In this document: positions 10,883 through 22,410 of the stretch, one piece after another
Position numbering within the stretch: position 1 is the stretch's first letter
Layout: every line of letters starts with the position of its first letter
Translations under genes and position numbers: made by a program
Origin: an uncultured Methanosarcinaceae archaeon
GTDB lineage: Archaea; Halobacteriota; Methanosarcinia; Methanosarcinales; Methanosarcinaceae
Direction: 5' to 3'
DNA: 64,000 nucleotides
Assembly: GCA_963733675.1 (NCBI GenBank)
Contig: CAVTET010000001.1
Location: forward strand, 672,001-736,000
Notes under the pieces: model-generated
Seen by the model: only the letters and a program-made list of their open reading frames with translations
What the model was told of the DNA's origin: nothing
Databases searched by the model: none

Positions 10883-12805
10883 CTAGATAAGTCGTATCTC
10901 AATCAAATTCCCTCCATTTTGAGCCTCAATAATATCTGATGCAAGGTCAGAATTTACCCTGAGTTTTACTTCTCCATGTCGGCTCACCGGTGCACTGAAG
11001 ATGTATTTGTCATCAATGAATATTCCAACGGCCTTTCCTGCAAGTTCCGGAACCTTCAGGATGAGATGTTTCTTGTTTATTTCGATAAAAGGATGGGCAG
11101 AAGAGATAATATCCTCCTTCTCAAGATCAGCTGGCCTGGGTTTCTGCTGAGAAACTTTATTTTTAGCTCCATACAGTCTTCCTTTAGAGTTTTTTGGAGC
11201 GTCTATTTCTATTTCCCTAACATCAATATGAAGCCCCAGAGTATTTTCGATTTGATCAATAATTCTCCCGCCCTTACCAATTATTTTTCGTATTTCTTCA
11301 GCCTGGACCTTCACGAGTGCACTGTCATCTGATGTTATCTCAACTTCAATAGGTCCAGATGCATACCTGCCAATAAAACTTTTTATCTCCTCTTCAGCAA
11401 TCCTCCATGTAGGTTTCCTTCCTCCTTTAGAAGATTCTATTGGCATGACCACAACCTGTTCTCCATAGGTGTAAATTTCATATTCGACTTTGCCAGTTTC
11501 GAAATCTGCAATTGTAATCACAGGCCTTGAAAGATCCTGCTCTGTCATCCCATAAGGAACTTTAACTGTAAATGCAAGCAACAGAACCTTAGAAACCTCG
11601 CCTTTATCGATGAAAACGACAGTATCCACTACCTGAGGAATCACACCCAATTCAACTCTTCCGATCAGGCGTTGAATGGCATCCACTGCTCTTGTCGCAT
11701 GCACAACTCCTATCATCCCTACTCCTGCAAGGCGCATATCTGCAAAAATCAAGAAATCACCGGTCTTCCGGAGTTCATCATATATCGTATAATCTGGCCT
11801 GACCAGTAGCAAAAGATCAGCAGTATTTCCCATTTTACCATCAAGTGGTGAATATTGAGTAATTTCAGGAGGCACTTGCAGGTCTCGTGGAGATTCCATC
11901 GTTTTGACTACCTGCCCGTGGTCGTTCAGATACCGCGCAACTCCTGCAGCAAAAGTCGATTTCCCGGCCCCAGGTGGCCCGGCAATAAGAACGCCACGCT
12001 GGCTTAAAATACGTTCTTTCAGCTCATAGCTCAAGCTGTAGTGCTCAAGATCTACAACTACTGTTGGCCTGACAGCTGTAATCTCCATGTCATCGGAAAA
12101 AGGTGGATGTGTAATTGCAACTCTTATATTTCGGATTTGAAGAACAGTAGCCCCATCTGAAGACATCTCGATGAAAGATTCGGGGTCCAATCGTGCTCTT
12201 TCAATAAGTTCTTTTGAAATACTGGAAAGTTCCGAATAATTGACAGGTTCTTCACGAATCCTTGCATAAAGCACATTTCCTATAGGCCCCTTCTTGGCCA
12301 TAGGCAGTACACCATTTTTCAAGTGCACAGACATTGTATCGTCAGTGAAAAAAGACTCTAATTTTAGAGGCAAAAGTTCTGAAGGGTTCAGGATCTTGGG
12401 GGGCATGTACTCGACATCGATCCCCTTTGCTCTAGCTATAAGGGCTTGTATCCTGTCTTCGCTTACAAACAGTCCTCCGACATCAATAGCCGTACTTCGG
12501 ATAAGGGAATCTACTCTACCCTCTTTGGACATTTTCATCTCCCCGACTGTGGGTTGAACTCCACTAAATCGAAGTTGAATTTCTCCAATGTCCGCCAACT
12601 TACGAAGTTCTGAAAGCTCTTCAAGCCCTTTGAAACCTATTTCTCTGCCCTTGTTTGCCTGGGCTTCAAGTTCAGATATCACAGCTTCGGGAATAATAAC
12701 CTCAGCGCCCCTGAATTCACCGCTTTTGACGCGGTGCGAAAGCCTCCCGTCAATAATTACACTAGTATCAGGAACAATCCTGCGCATCCGGTTATCTTCA
12801 GTCAT
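10883..12805 (-). CDS. PINc/VapC-family ATPase (PIN, ATPase and KH domains; PINA-like)
   Basis: N-terminal VPDTSVIIDG, Walker A GPPGAGKST, KH motif IIGKGG. Confidence 0.9.
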   Translation of the reverse strand: MTEDNRMRRIVPDTSVIIDGRLSHRVKSGEFRGAEVIIPEAVISELEAQANKGREIGFKGLEELSELRKLADIGEIQLRFSGVQPTVGEMKMSKEGRVDSLIRSTAIDVGGLFVSEDRIQALIARAKGIDVEYMPPKILNPSELLPLKLESFFTDDTMSVHLKNGVLPMAKKGPIGNVLYARIREEPVNYSELSSISKELIERARLDPESFIEMSSDGATVLQIRNIRVAITHPPFSDDMEITAVRPTVVVDLEHYSLSYELKERILSQRGVLIAGPPGAGKSTFAAGVARYLNDHGQVVKTMESPRDLQVPPEITQYSPLDGKMGNTADLLLLVRPDYTIYDELRKTGDFLIFADMRLAGVGMIGVVHATRAVDAIQRLIGRVELGVIPQVVDTVVFIDKGEVSKVLLLAFTVKVPYGMTEQDLSRPVITIADFETGKVEYEIYTYGEQVVVMPIESSKGGRKPTWRIAEEEIKSFIGRYASGPIEVEITSDDSALVKVQAEEIRKIIGKGGRIIDQIENTLGLHIDVREIEIDAPKNSKGRLYGAKNKVSQQKPRPADLEKEDIISSAHPFIEINKKHLILKVPELAGKAVGIFIDDKYIFSAPVSRHGEVKLRVNSDLASDIIEAQNGGNLIEIRLI

Positions 12806-13127
12806 ATAATGGGATATAGATACAGAAAGTATATAAGAAAACCTCTGAAAAGTTTTTCTACTTTAAGGAAGCAAAAAAATAATCATAGGAAAATATTTTA
12901 AAAAAAATGAAACATCAGATGATTAAGATATTTTTAGTATATTCTGGAAGTATTAAGATTTACCTTTAATTCCATTTTCAATTGACCTCAAACAATCAAA
13001 AATCCTTAAAATAATAACAAATTTGTGCCAGTAGGCCTACCAATAATCAGTTGTAAAGTATCTATTTTGGTGCATTAGATACTTCTGGTTACCGACTGAT
13101 AGTCATAAATAACATTTTCGGTTACTT

Positions 13128-13154
13128 AACCCGCTGCAAGCAATTTGGTATGTT
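13128..13154. repeat. Degenerate ACCCCGCTGCAAGC-type short repeat
   Basis: AACCCGCTGCAAGCAATTTGGTATGTT; similar copy at 22969. Confidence 0.5.
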
Positions 13155-13280
13155 CTGGATACCTCTCTGGATATAAAATATGATTCAGAATCAAATTTTG
13201 TCAATAATCGAAGATACGACCGAAAATGTATTTAAAATTCACTTAATAGAAATTTTCAAATTCAATTAAGATCTTAAATT

Positions 13281-13652
13281 TTAATAGACATCCTCCGGCT
13301 CAAAAACCTTCTCACCGATTATCTTTCCCTCGATATCTCGAAAAAAACAGGATCTATATCCCATGTGGCAAGCTCCCCCAACCTGGTCCACAAGCAGTAG
13401 GATAGAATCCATATCGCAGTCAATCTTTATCTGATTCACTTTCTGCACATTCCCCGAAATTTCCCCTTTTTTCCACAGCTGTTGTCTGCTCCTGCTCCAA
13501 AAATGCGCAATTCCAGTTTCAATAGTTTTCTCAAGGGCTTCCCGGTTCATATAAGCGCACATAAGCACTTCTCTGCTGATACTATCCTGAACAACAACAA
13601 AAATCAGATAATTTTCATATTTCAAGGTATCGAAATCAATCATGGAATACAT
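13281..13652 (-). CDS. hisI: Phosphoribosyl-AMP cyclohydrolase
   Basis: [31 protein letters not shown]. Confidence 0.95.
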   Translation of the reverse strand: MYSMIDFDTLKYENYLIFVVVQDSISREVLMCAYMNREALEKTIETGIAHFWSRSRQQLWKKGEISGNVQKVNQIKIDCDMDSILLLVDQVGGACHMGYRSCFFRDIEGKIIGEKVFEPEDVY

Positions 13653-13748
13653 ATTGTCAAAATAGTATAAAAAAACACATAGTTAGATGGCTTGAATTTC
13701 TGGATCTCGAATGGAAAATCTACCCTTGAACTACAAATGAGAGAAAAG

Positions 13749-14603
13749 GGTTCCGTTGCAAAAATCCTTTCTAATGATACAATAGAATAAAAAGAAAACC
13801 AAAGATAGTAATATGCTATCTAATTCCTTTAAATGGAAGCATTATGAAGGAGAAATTATCCTATTGAATGTAAGATGGTACTTAAAATATCCATTGAGCT
13901 ATAGAAATTTAAAGGAAATGATGATAGAAAGAGGAATTCAAGTTGATCACAGTACTATAATGAGATGGGTACATCAATATTCCCCTGAACTAGAAAAGAA
14001 GATAAGAAGACATTTAAGACTAACAAACTATTCGTGGAAAGTTGATGAAACCTATATCAAAATAAAAAGTAAATGGAAATATTTTTACCGAGCAGTTGAC
14101 TCAAATGGAGATACAATTGATTTCATGTTAAGTGCAAAACGAAATCGAAATGCAGCGAAGAGATTCTTTAAGAAAGCTTTAAGTTCTAATCATAATCAAA
14201 TTCCAAGAGTAATAACAGTTGATAAGAATCCAGCTTATCCACCTGCTATAGGTAAACTGAAAAATGATAAAATACTACCTAAAAACGTAGGCATTAGACA
14301 AATCAAGTATTTGAATAACATTATAGAACAAGATCATAGATTTATAAAGCGAATCGTTAATCCAATGTTAGGATTTCAGTCTTTTCAATCTGCTAATAAG
14401 ACTTTAAAAGGAATTGAAGCTATGAATATGATCAAAAAAGGACAAGTAAATGATTTAAATTACTCTGTTCTTAATGAAGTCAAATACATTAATCAATTGT
14501 TTGGTATAGTTTTATAATGTTAGTGCATTTTCTTTGAATATTCTGATTTTTATTCATTACCTATAGATTTATATATTTTTTTTGAATTTTTTGCAACGGA
14601 ACC
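13749..14603 (+). mobile_element. IS6 family insertion sequence, copy 2 (855 bp)
   Basis: Same TIRs, near-identical to copy 1 in inverted orientation; no target-site duplication. Confidence 0.95.
13813..14517 (+). CDS. IS6 family transposase
   Basis: Protein identical to 7437..8141. Confidence 0.95.
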   Translation: MLSNSFKWKHYEGEIILLNVRWYLKYPLSYRNLKEMMIERGIQVDHSTIMRWVHQYSPELEKKIRRHLRLTNYSWKVDETYIKIKSKWKYFYRAVDSNGDTIDFMLSAKRNRNAAKRFFKKALSSNHNQIPRVITVDKNPAYPPAIGKLKNDKILPKNVGIRQIKYLNNIIEQDHRFIKRIVNPMLGFQSFQSANKTLKGIEAMNMIKKGQVNDLNYSVLNEVKYINQLFGIVL

Positions 14604-14832
14604 GTAGTTCGTACCTTATTAGTTTCGAGGGACTCGTGATCCTTTTTTCTGAAATAAGGGGCTATAAGGTCCTGGTCAAGAGCTAGGGCAAAACAGACAG
14701 CGGATTTTGCCTCTGGCAGCACATAGGTCAGGTCGGCGGAAGGAGGGCCGCAAGATAAGGTTTCCGTCGTTGCAATGCCTACTTTGAAGGCACCAAGGGT
14801 CATAGTCATTTCTTTTCGGGCTTTGGTCAGTT
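14604..14832 (-). pseudogene. 5' fragment of an epoxyqueuosine-reductase-like Fe-S protein, truncated by IS6
   Basis: LGAFKVGIAT...PPSADLTYVLPEAKSAVCFALAL runs directly into the IS6 TIR. Confidence 0.65.
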
Positions 14833-15753
14833 CTACTTCTTCGATTCGTCGGTTGATTCTTCTTGTTTCGATTCCTCAAGCAAATTAGAATGGCATATCT
14901 GCTTTGGGCAATATTGGAGTGAAAAATATATTTCGTTCAAACCCTGCAGTATTTTGAACCCTTTTTCAGTAATCATATAATTGCCTCTCTCATGTTGCTG
15001 CAAAATCAGCCCACAGTCCATGAGTTTCTGGAGATGAAAGAGTAAGTTTCCTGCTAGAAGGCCCGTAAGTTTGGAAAAAGCAGAGAAACTTTTCGGTTCG
15101 AAGGAGACTGCTTTTAGAATTTCCAGGCGCTGTTTATTTGAAATCGGCTCGAGGATTTCGCTCATAACAACGCTAGTTTTGAGGGCTGAAATATCTGGCT
15201 TCTGTCCAAAATTATTTTTATAAATATTCAGAGATCGCATGAGGTTAATTTGTTTTATGAATAGACTCAAAACTTCGGAATAACACTGCTCACATTTTTT
15301 ATAAGGGGCTTCACATCTCAGTTCATTCAGATGATTTCTGTTGTTTGAAATAAGGGCTTCATCTACGTTGTTATTTCTTAGAAGCCCTCCATTGTGCTGT
15401 AGAAAGGCTGTAAATTTAGAAGTGCAATTTTCCTTTTCAGGACATTTTTTCACCATGTTTTGTTTAAGTCCAGCCTCTATATCTTCAAAGAGATGAATTA
15501 GAAGAGCGTGTGAATATTCATGCCTTGAACTTTCGAGAGTAGTTTCGAAACGCAGCCTATTGGAATATTCCACCACTTTTTTGATATCACTGTGCATTTC
15601 GGAAAGTTTTCCCTTTATAGTCTGTATCTCTTCCATTTCTAGATCTTCAGATTTTTTAAGATCTTCAGGAGTGTATTTATTCTCCTTGCTAACCTTGTTC
15701 ATGTCTTTGTACCTATTTACTTTATTTTTAAAATTTCTGTCATAACTTTCCAA
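14833..15753 (-). CDS. ArsR-type winged-helix transcriptional regulator with Cys-containing N-terminal region
   Basis: C-terminal ISNKQRLEILK...GNLLFHLQKL..GLI...RGNYMITEKG; start codon uncertain. Confidence 0.8.
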   Translation of the reverse strand: MESYDRNFKNKVNRYKDMNKVSKENKYTPEDLKKSEDLEMEEIQTIKGKLSEMHSDIKKVVEYSNRLRFETTLESSRHEYSHALLIHLFEDIEAGLKQNMVKKCPEKENCTSKFTAFLQHNGGLLRNNNVDEALISNNRNHLNELRCEAPYKKCEQCYSEVLSLFIKQINLMRSLNIYKNNFGQKPDISALKTSVVMSEILEPISNKQRLEILKAVSFEPKSFSAFSKLTGLLAGNLLFHLQKLMDCGLILQQHERGNYMITEKGFKILQGLNEIYFSLQYCPKQICHSNLLEESKQEESTDESKK

Positions 15754-16199
15754 ATTATTCAGATGCTTATTTCGTAAGGATGCAAAAATGTATTTAGTAT
15801 ATTTTGATGCAGATTAAATATAAATAAATAACTCACCAACTAATTCTAGGTTTGTGTAGTAGAAATTTGAAAACGGATGTGAAACAATATAGTGAAATGT
15901 AGAAGCTGTCGTCAGGATTAGCGCCACTTTTATCATCTTGTGGCTTGCACTTACTGAAGTAACTTCTAACTATAGTAAGAAACCAACTATCAGTAAAATA
16001 GTAATTATCTTTTTAAATATCATTTATTTTTCCCTCATTTTATCTTTCACTTCATTAAATTATGGCGCCTGAAGGGATAGCAAAAGCTTTGGAAGATTAG
16101 GAACTTAAAATAGTATTTTTCCTTTTTATTGATATTGAGATCAGTGATTCTTGGGGGGAAGGTGGGACCCTTATAGGTCCCTGGTTTTCACATTTCATG

Positions 16200-16335
16200 C
16201 AGTGACTTCAGGGAAAAAGACATTAATCATTCCTGGACCTAAAGATCTTGAAGTATTGGAGGCAAAGCTGGGAAATAATACTGTTGTAGGGCATAAAACA
16301 ACGTTTGAAGCTAAGTTCCTAAAGCATCATTGGAA
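16200..16335 (+). pseudogene. Short fragment resembling a PolA-type 3'-5' exonuclease domain
   Basis: NTVVGHKTTFEAKFLKHHW resembles the ExoII GHNxxFDxxFL motif; short and weak. Confidence 0.35.
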
Positions 16336-16747
16336 TTACCGTCTTTTTCCTTATAGGAGACATCAGCTTGGCGATTCTCTGAGGCATTCTCATATTCCTG
16401 CTCAGCTATATCCCCTACACTGTTCTCGTTCTAGCTTCTATTCCGCCAATAATGCTTGCGCTTTTCAAGTATGGGCCTGCAAGCTCTCTTGCCGTTATTG
16501 CAGTCGTTTATGTGCTCGCAGAAAACGTTGTATTCCCTTCACTCGCTGGGAAAAGCCTGAAATTATCTCCATGCATTTTGTTTCTTTCACTTATCTATTA
16601 AAATTATGTGCTTGGAACTACAGTTGTACTGCTTTCCATACCGCTTACAGTAATTTTGAAGTTGTATTTGAGAGTTTTGATGAAACAAAATGGCTGGCTA
16701 GATTGATAGGTCCGACTGAAGATATAGAAGAAGATGGGAAACCATGA
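16335..16747 (+). pseudogene. AI-2E family (PerM-like) transporter 3' remnant
   Basis: Alternative frame reads ILIFLLSYIPY..LASIPPIMLAL...AENVVFPSLAGKSLKLSP...LSIPLTVILK with stops and a frameshift. Confidence 0.7.
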
Positions 16748-17273
16748 AGCAAAGCACAGAGATCTATGTAGATTGTGGCATAAAGAACAGCATAAAGGGC
16801 TATCGGTCTAGTTTTCTTTGGAGAACCAAAGGACAGACGAAAAATGTTATAGATTATTATTAATTGACATGATCAGCATAATCGCAAAAAATGAATAATA
16901 CCAATATACGTATCATAGGACTTTACCAATGGATAAACTTAATCTCAGCCCCTCTGACAGGTTTATAATGCATCTGATGGTATATCCCCCCAACCTACTC
17001 AAAAAATATCTTAAATCACCTCACAATCCGTCTTTTTTCGTTATACTTATCATAAACCTATGTTGATTAACCAATTTGACTTTTTTTGAGTTTATTCTTA
17101 TTTCACAACCTTAAACTGAAGAATATGAAATTTATGTGAAATCCTGTCTCAAAACCTAAGTAACTACAGTTTATTACATAATTTTTATCATTTTGAAATG
17201 ATAAAAGTATATGAAAAACCTCGAGAACCTACCTAGAGTTATCAAACTGTAGAATTATGGGGTTTTAATTAAT

Positions 17274-18272
17274 GTCAATGATCGCTCTTGCCAGATCACA
17301 GGCTACAGTTGCGAGGAGATGCTTGGGATGAATGTAACTGAGCTACCGCATCCTAATGATCGTGACTACGACCGCAAGCCGCTTGTTAATTATCTGAGTG
17401 GCGAAACTTCAACTTTCGATATTTAGAAGTGCTATGCCCACAAGGACAGTGAGTTGATATGGGTCCATATCACAGCAGCGTTGGTCTACGACACCGAAGG
17501 CAGGCCGCTCCGCTCGATAGGGGTGCGTCGGACGTCATCGAACGTAAGATGGCAGAGCAGGAACGGGAGCGACTTCTAGACGTTATTCAACCGGAGAGAG
17601 ATAAGCTATCTGTATTGATTGATAGCATTACTGCTGAAGTCTGGTTTGCAGACTCTCAGAAAAACTTCACCTTTATCAATCCTTCTGGACGTTTGGAGTT
17701 CAACATCATTGATGATGAAGTAGTCGAGGTGGAAAAATTAGATTTGAACCTAGAAGTCTATAATCCTGACGGCAATCTGCGTCCGGTAGAGAAAGCACCT
17801 CCATTGCGTGCTCTGCATGATGAAATTGTGAAAAATCAAGAAGAGATCATCCGCATGCCTATCGACGGAGAGTTGCGCTATCGGCAAGTGAATGCTTCCC
17901 CAGTGCGAGATCAAAAAGGCGATATCATTGGATCTATATCCGTTGTTTGAGACATTACAGAAAGTAAGCGATATGAACAACGGTTATTTGACACTAAGCA
18001 ACGTCTGGAAGCACTTATGATGGCATCTCCTATGGGAATCAGTTTCTCAAATGACCCTACCTGTCAGTTTATTACTGGAAATTCTGCATTATTAGCTCAA
18101 TTCGACAGTAGTACAGAAGACAATATTTCAACATCTGCGCCTAATGACGATGCGCTTGGTCGACAAGTACGTTTCTTTTTGAATGGTAGGCAGATCAGTG
18201 ATATAGAGCTTCCTTTGCAGCGAGCCGTCGCTGAGAATCGGATGATTCCACCTATGGAGCTAGAGGTACAGC
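17274..18272 (+). pseudogene. Multi-PAS sensor gene remnant truncated by IS6
   Basis: VNDRSCQITGYS.EEMLG, YNPDG..RPVEKAPPLRAL, ELPLQRA PAS signatures broken by stops and frameshifts; ends at the TIR. Confidence 0.8.
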
Positions 18273-19127
18273 GGTTCCGTTGCAAAAACTTCAACAAAAT
18301 ATGTAAATCTATAAGTGATTAATAAAAATCAAAACATTCAAGGAAAATGTACTAACATTATAAAACTATACCAAATAATTGATTAATGTATTTGACTTCA
18401 TTAAGAACAGAGTAATTTAAATCATTTACTTGTCCTTTTTTGATCATATTCATAGCTTCAATTCCTTTTAAAGTCTTATTAGCAGATCGAAAAGACTGAA
18501 ATCCTAACATTGGATTAACGATTCGCTTTATAAATCTATGATCTTGTTCTATAATGTTATTCAAATACTTGATTTGTCGAATGCCTACGTTTTTAGGTAG
18601 TATTTTATCAATTTTTAGTTTATCTATAGCAGGTGGATAAGCTGGATTCTTATCAACGGTTATTAATCTTGGAATTTGATTATGATTAGAACTTAAAGCT
18701 TTCTTAAAAAATCTCTTCGCTGCATTTCGATTTCGTGTTACACTTAACATGAAATCAATTGTATCTCCATTTGAGTCAACTGCTCGGTAAAAATATTTCC
18801 ATTTACCTTTTATTTTGATATAGGTTTCATCAACTTTCCACGAATAGTTTGTTAGTCTTAAATGTCTTCTTATCTTCTTTTCTAGTTCAGGGGAATATTG
18901 ATGTACCCATCTCATGATTGTTGTATGGTCGACTTTTACTCCCCTTTCTGCCATCATTTCCTTTAAATTTCTATAACTTAATGCATATTTTAAGTACCAT
19001 CTTACATTCAATAAGATTATTTCCCCTTCATAATGCTTCCATTTAAAGGAATTAGATAGCATGTTACTATCTTTGGTTTTCTTTTTATTCTATTGTATCA
19101 TTAGAAAGGATTTTTTGCAACGGAACC
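18273..19127 (-). mobile_element. IS6 family insertion sequence, copy 3 (855 bp, diverged isoform)
   Basis: Same TIRs; several substitutions relative to copies 1 and 2; no target-site duplication. Confidence 0.95.
18358..19062 (-). CDS. IS6 family transposase
   Basis: 234 aa, about a dozen residue differences from copies 1 and 2. Confidence 0.95.
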   Translation of the reverse strand: MLSNSFKWKHYEGEIILLNVRWYLKYALSYRNLKEMMAERGVKVDHTTIMRWVHQYSPELEKKIRRHLRLTNYSWKVDETYIKIKGKWKYFYRAVDSNGDTIDFMLSVTRNRNAAKRFFKKALSSNHNQIPRLITVDKNPAYPPAIDKLKIDKILPKNVGIRQIKYLNNIIEQDHRFIKRIVNPMLGFQSFRSANKTLKGIEAMNMIKKGQVNDLNYSVLNEVKYINQLFGIVL

Positions 19128-19695
19128 ATTTTTGCATGTCCTGGATCTGAATGCATAAAAATAGAGTACTGAATAATTTCCTTTTTTATTTACAAACCGA
19201 GGCAATAAAGTTGTCTTTGCAACGGTCCTCATATTTCTTCTCTTTGCAGTTATCAATAATTTTTTTTCTTAATAATCAGACTGTGGTACTATCTAAAATA
19301 TACTCAGAAAAACCAAGACATTTTCTGAAAGAAATCTGAGCAATTCATTTTTTCTCAAGTTCAAAGTCTTAAAGACCACTTCATCACTTTAAAATTAGTA
19401 CTTTTAACATAATTATTAATTCAGCTTCAGGAAACTATTTTGTTAAGATATATAGATTCAAAAATGATAAGAAAAAATTTCCAATCAATTAAGAAATGAA
19501 TTTCAGCAAGTTATTATCCAATTGACTGAAGATGTTTATATTCTTCTTTAAGAACCAAATAAGTAGGAGTTTTCATGAGCAAAAATTAATGTTAAATGAT
19601 TTAAACTCTTCAATGCTCAATGCATAGAAGTTTATAAAAATTCTCTGAAATTTTAAGCTAAAGTAAAGATTACGAAAAGTGAAAAAATGAGATAC

Positions 19696-20046
19696 TTATG
19701 GTTGTGAATACTGTTTCCAATATTTGTATGCTTTGACATAACCTTCCCAAAGTGTAAAATCATCTAATTCTTTAAAATCTTCTTCCACCGCCCCCAAGTA
19801 GACTCGGTTCTCAAAAGCCGAAAAATCCATCTCGTATTTTTGCTTCATTTCGTCTATTTTTTCCCCATAGTAATGAATTTTTTGCTCAGCCTGGTTCTGC
19901 AAAAGCCACTGTAAGACTTCTTGCTCGTCTTTGTACATCCCAGTTTTTACTATTTCACTATTATGTTCAAAGATTTTTCTGGGGACTTTTGCGTGTTTAA
20001 TAATGTCTCCCAATATTACCACCAAACTACCACTTTGTTCTTTCAA
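19696..20046 (-). CDS. Hypothetical protein (antitoxin-like C-terminus; start uncertain)
   Basis: MKQKYEMDFSAFE...ELDDFTLWE pattern seen in small archaeal antitoxin-like proteins. Confidence 0.45.
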   Translation of the reverse strand: MKEQSGSLVVILGDIIKHAKVPRKIFEHNSEIVKTGMYKDEQEVLQWLLQNQAEQKIHYYGEKIDEMKQKYEMDFSAFENRVYLGAVEEDFKELDDFTLWEGYVKAYKYWKQYSQP

Positions 20047-21444
20047 GTTATATATATTTTAATATTAGTTTAACTATTTTTTATAAAGTTAGATCATCAA
20101 GTTCAACAAAAAAAGCAAGAAATTCGGAGTTATCAATTTATACCTCTTATTTCATACTAATTTTTTATACACTGTTCAACATTCAATTTATGTCCTATAA
20201 ACCTTATATATTTTTTGGTAATAAAATGCTTAAGTATAGGGATTCCTGCTACTTATCAAAACAGACATATTTCAAGATGGGCGAATAAAGAATTATCACA
20301 ATTATTCAGGTATTTTCAGAGCTTTGTGAAGAACTATATGAAATAAATTCATTTAATGCGTCACATTTTTCATTATTCTATAAATGGGCCCTCTTTTTCT
20401 GCCTGATTTGACATTTGAGCAGAAATAAGTTATATCTTTTTTTGTTTTATTTCGTCCAATGAATGCAAAAACAAAATGACTAAAAAAATCCCCATCAATT
20501 CCTAATAAAAAGATATGCGTTCCTATGAAATTGATTCTTGCTATTCAATCCTTTTATAAAAACTTAATTTTTGTGAGATTTTTAGCAAGCAGGGAAGAAA
20601 AGAGTTGCATTTTAATAATTTATCGATAGGCTCGCTGAGCTCTGAGTTCACATATAATTTTTGTATCAAAATCTGAAATAGCTAAATCGGAAGAGATGAT
20701 AGCATATTAAAACTTAAAAAAATCTATAAAATAGCTCATTACATGACTCTCGAAATTCGGATGGAAGAAAGATATTGAATTTTCTGAGCAATTTGTTTTC
20801 TGTTTATGATCATGCGGAAATTGATCCAAAGTTGGACTGAAAAAGTATAGTTATTCAACACACTAAATCTAAACTTGACAAGTATGGACACAATAGAGAT
20901 CATAAATTACTGATAACATTTGTATGAATGAACTCAAGAAACCAATAAAAATACCTATTGAAGTTACAGTTAATAGAGGTAAAGTTCTTGATTTGCAGCA
21001 TTTTTTTTCGACACTTATAATTAGGAATTAGGTAGAAATAACTCGAAAAAAGCTTCCTGATTATTTTAGAAAAGGAGATAATAAAGAAAACTGGATTGAA
21101 ATTTTGCAAAAAGAGAAGCTAAAATTTGATAGGGAAAAATCTAATAGCTGATGCCGAAAAAGATATACATTGGATAGAAATTGTCAAACTAAGTAGCATT
21201 AAATAGTTTTTATTTCTCATAATCTATATATAAGAAGCAATTGGAAGCAAAAGTAAGAACTATTTTGCAGAAGTTACAAGAAGCATAGGAGATCCCAGAA
21301 GTAATCGTAAAAAATGAGCGGAATTTTACTAAGTATAGGAGCTAATTAGCGAAGTACTGAACGTGCCTATTTTCTGGCTATTATTTATGCTTCTAAATTT
21401 TGTTGAAGATGATAGTTGCAAAATATCACGATTACAAAAATACA

Positions 21445-22410
21445 TTATTGAGCTGACTCAGTTTGCATGCCCATTCCTACTAAAGAATGCATAATAATCC
21501 CTCTCAAAGTCATATATATCCCTAAAATAGCCAAAAAACTCATCAGGAACATTGGACCGACTCTCAGACTACCTATGCCAAGAAAATAAGCTTCCAGAAA
21601 CCTGAAGGCCATATAGAAGCTGCATGTTGCGAGAGCAAAACCTGGCACTGAATTGTAATACAACAATTTATTGGTCTCTATATCCTCGACCACAGTTTTT
21701 AAGAATCCAAAAATGCACTTAATTGGATCTCTGACAAGGCCTCCAAAATCATGACAGCCACATATTTCAACTTCTTTTATAGAGATGCCAGCTTTTCCTG
21801 CATCTGTGAGCATTTCGCTCTCGATAGTTATGTCCTGAGAATCAAAGCGAAAAATATTTTTTAAAGAAGCTGAAAAGGCACGAAAACCACTATATTGATC
21901 GGTGATCTTAAAATATGAATTGATTTGAGCAGTAGTATCCTGAAGAGTCCGATCCATATGATGGTATATAGAAGCGTTTTTGTTCATACTACTTAGACAG
22001 CGGCTGCTGGTAACTATTTCAGCCTCGCCTTCAATAATCGGTTCAACAAGCATGAGAATGTCAGCAGGGTTGTGCTGCCAATTTGAATTCATGGTCACAA
22101 TAATGTCAGCTCCAATGCCTGATGCTACTTTAAAACCGGTCTTAAGAGCTTCACGTTTTCCTTTCCTGTCCCCATGAACAATAACATTAGCTCCAGCTTT
22201 TTTGGCGACCTCTGCTGTCCGATCGACACTGCCATCATCAACAACAATCACGTTGTCAACATAAAGTCTACTGAGCAAAACGAGACTTCCAATGGACTCT
22301 TCTTCATCGCAAGCTGGAAGTATAATAGTTATTATTTGAGAGGTTGCCCTCCGATCTCTCTTATTTATTGGTATGTTTAAACATCTTTTGATAAGCATCT
22401 CGTCACTCAT
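21445..22410 (-). CDS. Family 2 glycosyltransferase (dolichol-phosphate mannosyltransferase-like)
   Basis: ILPACDEE, VVDDGSVDRT, SGFRAFS, two C-terminal TM helices; DxD appears as NSN. Confidence 0.85.
   Translation of the reverse strand: MSDEMLIKRCLNIPINKRDRRATSQIITIILPACDEEESIGSLVLLSRLYVDNVIVVDDGSVDRTAEVAKKAGANVIVHGDRKGKREALKTGFKVASGIGADIIVTMNSNWQHNPADILMLVEPIIEGEAEIVTSSRCLSSMNKNASIYHHMDRTLQDTTAQINSYFKITDQYSGFRAFSASLKNIFRFDSQDITIESEMLTDAGKAGISIKEVEICGCHDFGGLVRDPIKCIFGFLKTVVEDIETNKLLYYNSVPGFALATCSFYMAFRFLEAYFLGIGSLRVGPMFLMSFLAILGIYMTLRGIIMHSLVGMGMQTESAQ

Noticed and set aside
10883-12805. PIN-ATPase as a toxin or defence gene
   Set aside because: Matches the conserved archaeal PINA-type housekeeping ATPase.
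17143-17266. Possible MITE starting CCTGTCTCAAAACC
   Set aside because: Only one convincing end; the right side (GGGGTTTT) is incomplete and there is no second copy in the window.
19700-21210. Possible toxin partner for the 19696 ORF and coding-like remnants at 20.7-21.2 kb
   Set aside because: Frames are too broken to assign a family by eye.
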